NCBI GenBank assembly: GCA_907165135.1
Contig: OU015569.1
Location: 5,084,001-5,148,000 of the forward strand
Length of the DNA stretch: 64,000 bases
Direction of reading: 5' to 3'
Source of the DNA: Oikopleura dioica
Taxonomy: Eukaryota; Animalia; Chordata
The translations under genes were made by a program, and so were the position numbers. Shown here in pieces: positions 52,409 through 63,730 of the stretch (position 1 is its first letter; the number at the start of each line of letters is the position of its first letter). The notes beneath the pieces were generated by a model that saw nothing but the letters and a program-made list of their open reading frames with translations, was not told the origin of the DNA and ran no database searches.

Positions 52409-52515
52409 GCTCCGATTTCGACAATCTGTTGTTCAAAGTGTTAAAGTGACTTACTTTGTTTGAGAAAAAAGAATCCAGCAAGGATATGAAAGAATGAAAT
52501 GAGAATGAGCTTTAT

Positions 52516-53126
52516 TTATTTGCTTTCAAATGGCTCTTTCAGATAGTGATAGTTGGGCAGAATGCGGTGAAGAAATGTAATATGCGTAGTGTTTGTGGCA
52601 GGCATGACTTCGGCGTTGCGCCTTAATAAAATGCCATCTTGCTTTGTGAATACTGTTTTTGGCTTGACGATTTCGCTTCTGGCGAGACTGGCGCCGATGC
52701 CAAATATGCAGCCGGTGGTGACTTCTACGTCGCCTGTGATTGAGGAACGAACTTCAAAGATATTCCTATCCCCAATTTTTATACCTTGAAGGAAACAATA
52801 CTTTTATCGTTCAATTATCGTCAAGTACCTTCAAATCTGGTTTGTATTTCAAAGATATTTCCATCGCCAATAATCAGTGGTTCCGGCCGTGTGTTCCTGA
52901 TAACGACGAATTCTTCGATCAGATTCTCACTTCCTAAGTAGGAAATCAACGTTGAAACCCACTTGAAGAACTAACCAATTTTGATGGGCCCCTTCTCGGC
53001 GATGATCTGCGCTTTAGGATGTATAACCGTTTTGGCGCCGATCTCCACGCTGAAGTCGCCCTCAATCATTGCCTCCACGCAAACAACTGCTCCCTTTTCA
53101 AGCTTTATATCCCCGATCTTTGGCAT
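52516..53126 (-). CDS. DCTN6: Dynactin subunit 6 (p27)
   Basis: [35 protein letters not shown]|SENLIEE left-handed beta-helix repeats; C-terminal ILPNYHYL. Confidence 0.9.
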
Positions 53127-53553
53127 GCTGAAAGCTTAATTCTATAGACGCGTTTTTAGAACAAATACTTTGACTTTGAATTCTTGAATATCGGAGGCAG
53201 AATAAGATTAAACAGAGGGAACGGTATTTTACTTTGTTGTTTATGAAATATAAATATATAAATAGAAATCGGAATATGAACATTGCTTCACATTGCGGAA
53301 ACATTGTAGAAGACAATATTTACCGCGTCGAAGGGAAAACGGCGATTCTAATCCAGAATAGATGATTGAGATGCGTTAAGAACTTGTGAGGATAAGAAGA
53401 AATCACCCCAAATTATGCAGAAAGTTAAGTATCAGTCGATCAAGGTAAGATCGTTTGAGAAACATAAGGAGAACAGAAACACTACACGGAAGTTGGAGAA
53501 GAGTATCATCTTCATTAGTAAAAAGGGGCCAGCACATCAGATGAACAACGAAA

Positions 53554-55347
53554 TCAGAAACAATCTCTGACCAGCTCGATTTGAGGCGTGTCGCCGACTG
53601 TCTTGAACAGGAACATGCTTTCAAGGCACTAGAAATTCGTTATAATCAAGCCCGATCTTTAATAAGTGGCTTACTTTTAGCCCAATCGATCGTAGAGCTG
53701 GAAGACGGAGGAGAAGTTTCGCAAAGCGGCCGGGTTGCTCCGGGTATTTCTGTTTAGCTATATTTTAAGCTTAGATTTAATTATGTTCTCCCGACTTACA
53801 GTAAGCCTCTAGCGTGGCGTAAACTTTTTCTCGCAAATCTTCGACAAGGAGCGGGTCTTGTAACTGCTTGACGTCGGGATTGTACAAAATGATCGCCTTC
53901 AAGCAACCAAGTTCTGTTCGATCCAGCTATTCAATGTTTTATAAAAAAAATGATGCGTGTAATCACTGTACCTTCATTTCTTTCATTTTATAAACCAATT
54001 CCGTAATAACGCGTCCGAAAATGATGTCAACATTTGTCGATGTGGCTTGTCCTCGCGTGAGGATTTCATTCTTTCCAATGAGCAGTTTATCCTAAATGAG
54101 TGGAACGGTAAATTTTTTTGGGATATTGATAAAAAGAAACCTCGAATTCCATCGAGCGATGCGCGATGTCCGCGATTGTGATTTCATTCCAGGCACTCTG
54201 CACTAGATAAACTCTATCGTCTGTTTTTAACGTCTCAAACTGCGGAATCATCTTTGTCCACTCAATAAGCGCACGAAGATATTCAGTGACGTAGTTGACT
54301 GAAAAAAAGCATTCTATTAAAAAAGATGCGACCGTTACAAACCTCCTTGATTCTGTTGGTATAACCTGTCCAATTCGTTTTCCGCGTCTCTGATCTGTTC
54401 TATAGGCATTTCATCAAATGGGTGCCCGCCGTTTTCAGATGCTAAAGCATAATGAATAAAATATGGTTAGCCCACAGGTAAGTCTAGAATAAATTGGTTG
54501 AGAAAAACAGCGCTTGTCTACGCGACTTACAAATATTTCGGGACATCATAGACGACTCCCCTCCGTTCTCGTAGTCCATCATCATTTTGCCGGCGTCCTT
54601 CGAAACTAGGGAAAGTTGATAAGCAGAAATTAACAGCTAAACTTACTTTCGCCCTGGACTGCTTCGCGCTTCATTCCCATCGTCAGACACTTTTGATATC
54701 GACAAAACTAAACAAAAATAAAAACGTGTCTTGATTATTTTAGTCATAATCCGGGTCACTTATGAACCCTTTAAAAAGCTAACCTGGCATCTATTTCTCT
54801 GTCGCTTGTCGATGACGCAGTGTTTGTTATCTCTACAGGAGTATGAGAGCTCTTTTCTGACCGTGCGTTTGAAAAAGCCCTAAGAACGAACATTAGCACA
54901 TTTTGGTAGGTTTTTTTAGTCTCACTTTGCAACCTTCGCAGCTGTATAAGCCGTAGTGTTTTCCAGAGGCTCTGTCTCCGCAAACTAGAATGAATCTAAG
55001 TGAAACTAGAACAGAAGTAGAAATTACCTTTGCAAACATGCTTCGAGTGAAATGCGCCCTCAGAGTAGATATCCATCGAGAAGTCGTTGGCATCATTGGG
55101 GATCTCGCCGACGTACTCGGGCTCTTCTTTGATGTATGGCGAGTTGGTGTCGATTTGAACATTCTAATCAAGCTTGTTTTAACTGTGCAGAAAGATAAGA
55201 AGCTACTTCGTCATCGTCAGAATGCTGATTTTGAGGGTTTTGCTCCTCCTGCGTCATCATAGGTCGTGACAGATGATTCTGGAAGCGTTGCTGGAGAGAT
55301 TGGAAGCGCTGGTCCTCGGACATATCCATGGGCTCCCCTCCGCCCAT
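53554..55347 (-). CDS. RXR: Retinoid X receptor (NR2B)
   Basis: [75 protein letters not shown]; LBD with [48 protein letters not shown]. Start codon uncertain (55347 or upstream). Confidence 0.95.
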
Positions 55348-55759
55348 TCCAGGGAAGAGACCCCTTAACACTTTTGATAACCATAAAATCCTTTGTAACT
55401 TATCCTCCCGGACCTTTTAGCTCACCTAAAAATAATCAAGCCTCGGGATGACAAAATCATAATGAGCACGAAGTGATTATATTATGGTAAACGTACTGAA
55501 GACTAAATACGCTTCCACCAGCATGTCAACTATTAAAATTCCCGGCAAAGGAATACTCTGATACTAACCTCGGAAAACCAAAATTCATGATTTAAACTGC
55601 CTTGGCCGATTCGGTACAATTTAACAATCTTAACACCAAAGAGGTAAGAATCTCGGTTGTTTTCGCTCTCTTGATCGCATTGGTGATCTGATAGTTTTAA
55701 ATTATTTGCTAATCTTCCACTGATACTATGAGGAATCTTCGATAAGGCGTCGATGTGAA

Positions 55760-56526
55760 TTACTTTTCTCGCATCTTTTTCTCGAGTACATAAGCATCTG
55801 CCGGCGTTATTTTCTGTAATTGGTTAACGTAATTAAGTGTTTTCTCCTACAATAACAGCCTTTATTATAAATTTTCAATGACACTGGTCGAAAATGAGGT
55901 AGGAAACATAAAAAAAACAGTGTCAATGAAGAGAGAAGATACTATTGATTATTAAATAACCAGCCCTTGTAATAACCTTCTTTAGTATCAACGACCGTGA
56001 AACCGTTCTTCTCGTAAAGTCGTCGGGCAGCATCATTATTCGTCTGGACATGTAACGTTACAAGATCGACTTTCTCTTTTTGCGCGTGTTCCAAAATATG
56101 GCTACCGATTTTTGGTTTATTCGCGAAATCAATAATTGTACTATTACTTCAGTAGCTTCTGGCCGACTCCGAGCCGTCTGTACCGCGGTAAGCACCCCAA
56201 AGTCATAATGTAGCATCTCTTCTGATTGTCAACAACCTCTATAAAGGACTGAAAAAATGCTTTTGAAAGGGTTTAACCTGTTCTTGCACACACGGCCCCT
56301 ATGGTTAGATCGTCAAGGAAAGCGAGCTTCGACCACTCTCCGAGCGCGATAATATCGCGATAAAATCTGAACATGAAAAATGGAGCTCATGTTGGGTTAT
56401 TTTGAGGGCCATCTTGGAACTCAGTTACCTATGATTGTAGGAAACGGGAAACACTTGCTGATTTATCAGCCGTAATACGCGAACGTTGTGCTGTGTGACT
56501 TCACCCAGTTCTATCGTGCCAACCAT
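55760..56526 (-). CDS. NAA50: N-alpha-acetyltransferase 50 (NatE catalytic subunit)
   Basis: IELGEVTQHN..VFPVSYN..YIMTLGCLPRYRRLGVGQKLL..LHVQTNN..GYYK|KITPADAYVL. Confidence 0.93.
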
Positions 56527-56722
56527 CTCTTTAACGATCACGGCTAAAGCGAACTTCTCAAGAACTCGGAAAGCTTACCCACTTTTACTTTCAATAACAG
56601 TGACAATCATAATCATATCATTTACATTTGTACAATTGAATTTGAAGAAAAACAAAATATGAAGTTTATTGAATATAAAACGTATAATTAAAAAAATAAG
56701 AAATGCGTGGAATATTGTGAGA

Positions 56723-59700
56723 TTAAGCGGCAGTATATGAAAGGAAGTCTTCGATCGCATCGTTGAGAGAAAATTTCTAAAAGCGAATTTTATAGAGATC
56801 ACGGAAAACAAGCCTACATGAAAGCGGTGGTAGAGAAGCCAGCGGTCGACATTTTTCAGGCGCCACTTTTCAGCTTCAGAAACAAGTGTTTCCGATTCAG
56901 ACGTAACTTGCTCGATCGAGTCTGAAAGTTGAGTTGATAGTTGAAGAGAGGATAGAAAGAATGAACCTGTGAGGTAGGAGGCCATGTGAATGAGGGACAC
57001 TTCATTGCGGACAATTTCCTTTGCCTCGTCGCAAAGAAAGAGGCTGGAGACAAGTGTTGGGAAGAGAATTCCCTTCAGAACGGGCTCGGAGAAATATTGG
57101 AAGGGCAACATGCAGAGTTGGTTGAGAATCGTTGGTTGTTCGCCTTGGTGGATCCAGAGCTGGTTCTCCTTGTTTCCCATGACGAAATAACCAATAGCCA
57201 AGATCGATTCATGGCGAATCGCCTCGGGAACCATCGAAGTCAAAAGACATGCAATCACTTGTCAAAAATGTTATGTTCTCTGATTGACCACTGCTTTCAC
57301 CTGATCGAACTTGTAGCAGTTCTTGGTTTAGAATTCGTTGCATGGTCTCAAGACAGAGCGTCGCCGCTGAATTAATGCATTGGAGGATCAGCATCGTAGT
57401 TCGCTCGATCGCCGGGGAAAGTTTAATTCCACCGTGCTGATTGTCGCTATTCTGCTCGAGAACAATGGATCCGTAAAGCACCGAGATTCCGCCCAACAAT
57501 TCCGTTCTTAATTATTCAGATTCTATCTAAAATAGGTAATGTGTTATACCTTTCGAGCATAGCAATAAACTCTTCATGGTACGATGGGCTTTTCGCAATG
57601 CCTACAGTTCGTAGACTCGCAGTGAGGAAGGCGAATGCAGCAGAGAGCACGTCATGAGAGCATTCAATTGTCGCGAACTGCCAGAGCTTCTCGTAGAAAC
57701 CTGATTGCAGAGCGTGTGAGATGACGTCTGAAGAAGAAGCATGCGCAAGTTCCGCCCCAGTAGGAGCATCGGTGCAAGAAGTCATCAACCAGGCAAGGCT
57801 ATCTAAAAAGACTGGTTCGAATGCTGAACTCAGGTGGAAGAGCTATACCGAGCAGATACCAGCGATCTACATATGGCGACTCAGCAATGACGGGGTACTT
57901 GACAAACGTTGAAGTCACAAGGTCGATGATGGTAAAAGGCACAGAGCTGCACATAAGACTAGCGCACTGAATCGGCCGCGAAGATTTGATCACGTCGACG
58001 ATGAGAGACAAGCATCTTGCAGCAATTGTGCGAATTTGTAGGAGACCTTATCATTCATTTAGCCTAGTGAAAAATAATACCGGCAACATACAGCTGATGG
58101 CTTGAGTGAGCGGCAAGACATCCCCAAGTTGAGATTGTGGAGCCACCTTGGCTAGATCAGTCAATGATCGCTCAAGCGCTGCTTGTCGGTTTGCCGACCA
58201 GACAGAGTTTTTCCCTTCCTGGAGCTGAAGCTCGGCCTGGCGTTTGATGTCACCAATCAGTTTTCCCATTTTGCCCTTGCTCGACGCGGGAGGGCAGTCC
58301 CCATTCAACATGAGTTCGAACTGCTCGAATCTGTTTTCCACTTTGACACGGATTTTTTTCAGCTTCTTTTTAGCAGTTTTCTTCTGAGAAGCGACGGTGA
58401 TGAGGCTCTTTTCTGGCGAAGAATCAAAGTCCTCGCGGTCAGATGCGAAGTTCAGCTTTCGCGAAACAGTTGATGAGGGTGATTCTCGATTCGACTTTTG
58501 TCCATCCATGTTCGACCGTGGCGACACTGGGATACAGCGACTCATATCCTGAATAAGTTTTCTAAAAAAAAATAAAACATAAAATTGCTACCTGCGCTCG
58601 TTCTTTCCGCTTCTCCAGCTCTTCAAGACGTCTTCTTTCGGCCTCGATCTGCTTTGCCTTAATTTTTTCCTTGCTTTCCATCGCATCTTTCTTTTCTTGT
58701 TGCCGTCTGGCATTAACGTATTCCTCGTGGCGCTTTTCTTTGTTTTTGAGCGCCGCAATCTTGGCATTTTTCTCCTTTTCTAGCTTTTCGGAAATCAACG
58801 AGGTCTTATCCTGCCGCTTCTGGGATAATGTTGAAAGCCACGTTTTTCGCTCATACTCAAGGCGTCTTTTGTTGAGCTCAACAATTATAAAACGGCCAAT
58901 TTTATGAGATAGAGTAGCTTGTTTTATCTTCGATAATGTTTTTCAAATATAAACTGTGATTATTGTGAACCCGGACCTTTTGCGAGCAATGACTGCGCGC
59001 TCACGCTCCTCGTTTTCTTTTGCCTAAATCGATAAAAATACTTTGAGTGAAACAAGACACTTACTTTGAGCTCCTTCTGTTCTTCTAATGACATCGTGTG
59101 CTTCTCCGTCTTTTCTTCGTATTTTTTGATCTTCTTTTCTCCATCCGCTCTTTTCATGCCGATTTCTAGCTCATTGATGAAGTTTACTTCTTTTACTTTT
59201 TGACTTTCGTCTTGCGCCTTGATCTTGAGGTCCTGTTGTTGTGCGTTTCTTTTTGCAGTCGCCTGCTTCAGTTTTTCTTCGAGGTTAATTTTGGCGCGCT
59301 GTTGAGCTTTTTTCTGGTTTTGTTGAGCTTTTTCTACCTTTTCAGTTTGTTTTCGTACTTTTTCCGTCTGAAGATATATTTTTTGTGAGTCCACGTGATT
59401 ATTAGGTGTAATAGTAGAAAAATCGACCCCCCGATCGCCCTTTTTAAACTTTTAATTTCATGCAGAATAAGAATCCTTATGTCGCGGCGATCATTTTGGT
59501 ACCAAATTCATCGCAATCGGACTTGGTTTTCGGCCGATAAGGAGCATTTGAAGGCCCAAAATAAGCACTAGAAATTTCTAGCGCCCGGAAAGGGATGAAT
59601 ACTCCAGCTCATCAGTACGCCACTTGTTCCAGATTGTAGAGCAGGCTCTACTCTATCGGAATCTACTCGCAAAAGTTGTGAACAGGGGCTCTAGTGAGAA

Positions 59701-61356
59701 CCAGCGCCCGAAGAAGGTCGAAAAATGAAGCAAAATTGGGGTGAAATCATCAGTCTGAGATCATGGAAGTCAAATTTGGCCTTGATTTTGCCCCATTTTT
59801 TGAGCTTCTTCGGGCGCTGGTTCTCACGAGGGCCCCTGTTCACAACTTCTGCGAGTAGATTCCGATAGAGTAGAGCCTGCTCTACAATCTGGAACAAGTG
59901 GCGTACTGATGAGATGGAGTATTCATCCCTTTCCGGGCGCTAGAAAATTTCTAGTGCTTATTTTGGGCCTTCAAATGCTCCTTATCGGCCGAAAACCAAG
60001 TCCGATTGCGATGAATTTGGTACCAAAATGATCGCCGCGACCTAGGGATTCTTATTCTGCATGAAATTAGAAGTTAAAAAAGGGCGATCATGAGGGGGAT
60101 TTTTCTACCGTTACACCTAGTGATTATCGCTGTACCTTTTCCCGCTGAATCTCTTCACGCCGCTGTTGGGCTTCTTTCTGACGGCTCTCGATCAGCTCCC
60201 TATAGGATTCGCTGTTCTTTTCCGTATTTTTGCGCGATGGGGACATCAGAGTCTCGTGAAGGGTGGCAAGCCGTCCTGGTTCTCTATACTGACAGTCGTC
60301 TTGGCTAATGACATCGTCGGCCCAGTCAAAGTCTTCTATCGGGCTTTGCATGGAGCCGTTTGCGTTGTAATCGCGCACATCTTCCAAATCAAGTCTACAA
60401 GATTAAGATTGAAAACAAATCTCTCTATTTGTATTGCTTACTTTGGAACAGGAAGGTCGCACTGGTCTGGTGAGACGGAAATTGGCTTTGGCAAAACGCT
60501 CGTGTCACTTACTGACTTGCCTTTCAACCTATCTGCCCATGTTCTGGTTCCGTTGGAGTTGTGATGCGCAGTTTGTTTATTCTGCTGATCTGTGTTTGTC
60601 CGATTAGAGAGCCTTTCACGCGGTGATCTAGGAGTCTTTGATCTGATTTCATCCAGCTTTCGCGGGGCAGGACTGGTCTTGCGCACTTCCCAAGCAATGC
60701 CACGGATCGGCAGCTTCTGTTCGAATGTTGGATCCCGCTGTAGTAGAATTCGTTCTTGAAGCTTTTCTACGTCGTACAAGTAAGCTTTCAGGTAGAGCAC
60801 TACTTCCTTGCATTCTTCTACCGACTCGTCTTTTTCGCAAGTCGCGTAAATTTGGTCTATAAAATTCATTTACAACCGGGGTAAAATTAAATGTTCCTGA
60901 CCAACGGCTTTCTTGAGATTGTCGATTAAGAATTGCCACTTTTTGGCGTTTGCGCGCGCTCTGATGTCGGTCCTTGCTTGATCGTAAATGCGACGCATAT
61001 CACCGCCACCGTGCGTCATGTGCTCGACTGCGGAGATCCTCGTCTCGCTCTTCGATCGACCAAAGATCGGTACTGGCCGCATGCAACGGTCGCCTGAAGG
61101 TTGTTGTGGAACATTGTAATAAAGTAGATTTCGAGCGTTACGTCCTTAGATAAATGCGTTAAATGAGACTGCTCTACTGCCGTGGGAAGGAGTTACCTTC
61201 TTCCCGGATGATTTTTTTCATTTTTTCTACTTGGAGACCTGAGTTGGCGCTTGCCGTTGATGCCGAAGATTTGAGCGAGCTCTCCTTGGAGCTGCCTTTG
61301 GAGCCCTTGCGTTTCGCCTCAAACCACCCATCGTTGGTTTTAAAGGCACCTCTCAT
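56723..61356 (-). CDS. SCAPER: S-phase cyclin A-associated protein in the ER
   Basis: KIIREEG|..ARNL; RARANAKKWQFLIDNLKKAVDQIYATCEKDESVEECKEV; IAWEVRK; LHETLMSPSRK; coiled coil; C-terminal LCMLPFQYFSEPVLKGILFPTL. Confidence 0.9.
59403..60119. mobile_element. 717 bp foldback/MITE with ~334 bp inverted arms and 8 bp TSD (hAT-like) inside a SCAPER intron
   Basis: Arms 59403-59736 and 59785-60119 are near-perfect reverse complements; termini TAGGTGTAA/TTACACCTA; GTGATTAT direct repeat at 59395-59402 and 60120-60127. Confidence 0.92.
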
Positions 61357-61520
61357 CGACAAGAAAAAACTGTCCGATGATTTTACAAAGGTGCCACTAC
61401 TTTATCTGAGCGAGGCATTTTTACAAAGATCTGAATAAACGTTCCCTTAGCGTCGATTCTAGAAAATATCCGTGGAATCGAAATTTTGAAGATGAAAAAT
61501 TAAAAAGAGCATCAATCAAG

Positions 61521-61900
61521 TCAAAGCGTTTTCAGGTGACTCTTGATCGCTTCCTCGAGCTTCTTCGTGTAGCTGTCGATTTTGGAGACGTTGGAATTCA
61601 TTTGCTCGAGATCAATTATTAGTTGACTAAGGTTGCCGAGGAGGACGTCGATCTCGTTGTCCCTGGCGCTCATTTGCACGAGTCGCGCGGAGATGCTCGC
61701 CACTTCGTTCTCAATCTTGCCGATTTGGAAGCCGGTCGCCTCGTTCATTTTGTTAAGTACTTCGAACTCCCCTACTGGGACTAAAGTGATAATTAGCCAA
61801 ACTGTAAAACTGGCGATCTAAAGCACCTAAAACAGTCTCGTGTATGTATTGGCGCGCGCGTTGATTAAAAGCATGCCCAGCTTTCTGCAACGGGCTCGTG
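61521..61900 (-). CDS. BLOC1S2: BLOC-1 subunit 2-like coiled-coil protein
   Basis: EFEVLNKMNEAT...VSKIDSYTKKLEE resembles BLOS2 (DYKLLENMN..T...KLDAYSKKLEA, recalled). Start codon unresolved. Confidence 0.62.
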
Positions 61901-61950
61901 CTCTCGACCTGAGACTGATTCAGTTAGCTACAACACACACTCTAGATTAA

Positions 61951-62706
61951 CTAAGGGACAATCCCTTTCTTGCTGAATTTTGTAATACTTACTGGATGGT
62001 ACGTTTTGAGCATTCTTCCAACAATCTTCTGAAGACGCTCGCGAAAGTGACTGATATGAACAGCCTTCTTGTCGAAATAAAAGCTTTCCTTCCTCGCTCC
62101 TGTCAAGAAGTTAATGCAAATTTGATGAGATATTGATAGAACGTGCAGACCGCAATCGTAGGTATTCTTTTGTGCGACAACGTCAGCGTCAACGATCTTG
62201 AAGGGGACTTTTGCGCCAATGGACGTAGCAAAAGAATTTGCGCTTCTTTTAGCCGCCTTGACATTCGAATTACTATCCAAGTAGATTAATTGAAGAAATA
62301 TGCAAAGACTTTTGAGGCTTTGGGATAAAAAATGCAAGGCTTACCTTATCGAGTTGAAATGAACAAATTTTTCCGTCTGTCGGAACCAGACGAGTAAACT
62401 CCAGTGAGTACCCCCGGCATTCCCTGATTCCTCGTCATTTATTGGAATGAGAACGATCTCCTTAGCAGACAAATTCAAACTCTGAAGCATGGCATCTGCT
62501 TCGAAAGGTTCTGCGCACAATTTAACCAATTGCACAAGGGAAGGATCAACATAGCCAATTCTTGGATCATTGATTTCTTCGTTGCTTAGATATTCGTAGA
62601 AAAAGGAGATGATCTGGTCGTTGAGCCAATTCGGGGCGGAGAGCAGTGCCAAGTCAGATTGCCGAAGAACAGAATCGTGGTAGGAAATAACAATCGAATC
62701 TGTCAT
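61951..62706 (-). CDS. SENP8: NEDD8-specific protease SENP8/NEDP1
   Basis: IVISYHDSVLRQSDLALL..WLNDQII..INDE..GGTHWSLLV..|..QKNTYDCGLHV; two exons. Confidence 0.92.
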
Positions 62707-63001
62707 TCAAAAGTGTATCTTTAATTTTTTTTTAATATTTAAATGCTGCTTCAGCTCTGGTTATCTTACTCTTGGCAAAAATAATGTTTCTTTACAAGAA
62801 TTGTATAAGTTAAGGTAGTCAGTGTGAATTTACACGAAGAAAATAGTTCAATCTTCAAAAGAAAAAGAGAATGGAGAAACTTGACGATTTTGTAGTCATT
62901 AAAATGGTACTGCTTCGCGTTATGTTGCTGCTCACCGTAATAAAAGACTTCTAGCAACTCAGACTCGCTCAACTTGGGGAAAATAATAAAGGTGTAAATT
63001 A

Positions 63002-63531
63002 TCACGTTCCTATGGCAACAAGCGCGCCACCTGCAAGTCCGCAAGAAAGAGGCACATTCTCTTTTATTATCTCTTCAGTCGGGTACTAAACAACTCAACT
63101 CAGCTGCTATTTTGGTGATAAACAGACCTTGGATAAATCGAACTGGGGATTGCGGCTTTTCAGCTTGTTGTAATCGTTTTTTACTTTTGGCCAGTCGACT
63201 TTGATGTATCCAAGTTGGGTCAGAACTAAACCCCTTTGTTGGAAGCAAATGTACATAAAAGGCTAAAAGTACCAGAAATACAGGTGATTCCACCGCCAAC
63301 AGTAGAAAAAGCCAATTTTCCCACTTTCTTGACCAGAGCTCCAATAACTAAGCCGCCGATAAATCCAACTCCGGTTTCTTTTAAGATCTGAGCATTTCTA
63401 ATCAAGACAGGAATAAATCTAACTTCTACTGGCGTTCAATAGACTTACGTTCTAGGAGGAACTTCTTGTCGTCCTGTAAGGTATTCTTTTACTGTGCCCA
63501 AAGCTTCGTCCATCACTTCGATTCTTACCAT
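63002..63531 (-). CDS. FUNDC: FUN14-domain mitochondrial outer membrane protein (FUNDC1/2-like)
   Basis: GALVKKVGKLAFSTVGGG, GYIKVDWPKVKND, IIKENVPLSCGLAGGALVAIGT*; TTTTCAG acceptor 2 nt before the ATG. Confidence 0.85.
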
Positions 63532-63730
63532 GTCTGAAAAGATTTTAAAAAATAGTGGAAATGTAGGTTTGATAATTGTAGGTAAAATTGGATATGCGTT
63601 GAGAATAAGAAAGCTACAGAAAACAGAGCAGATATACAGAAATTACTTCATTCATTCTCAATTACAGTGGATGATCATGAAGGTAGTCGGAAGTGGTTAA
63701 CTGAAGAAAATGAAAAGGAGATATCCTTTT

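Noticed and set aside
51175-52463. Several plus-strand Ser/Phe/Leu-rich ORFs
   Set aside because: Antisense to the GCC2 coiled-coil exon.
59691-59897. ORF inside the foldback element
   Set aside because: 68 aa with no transposase motifs; the element is non-autonomous.
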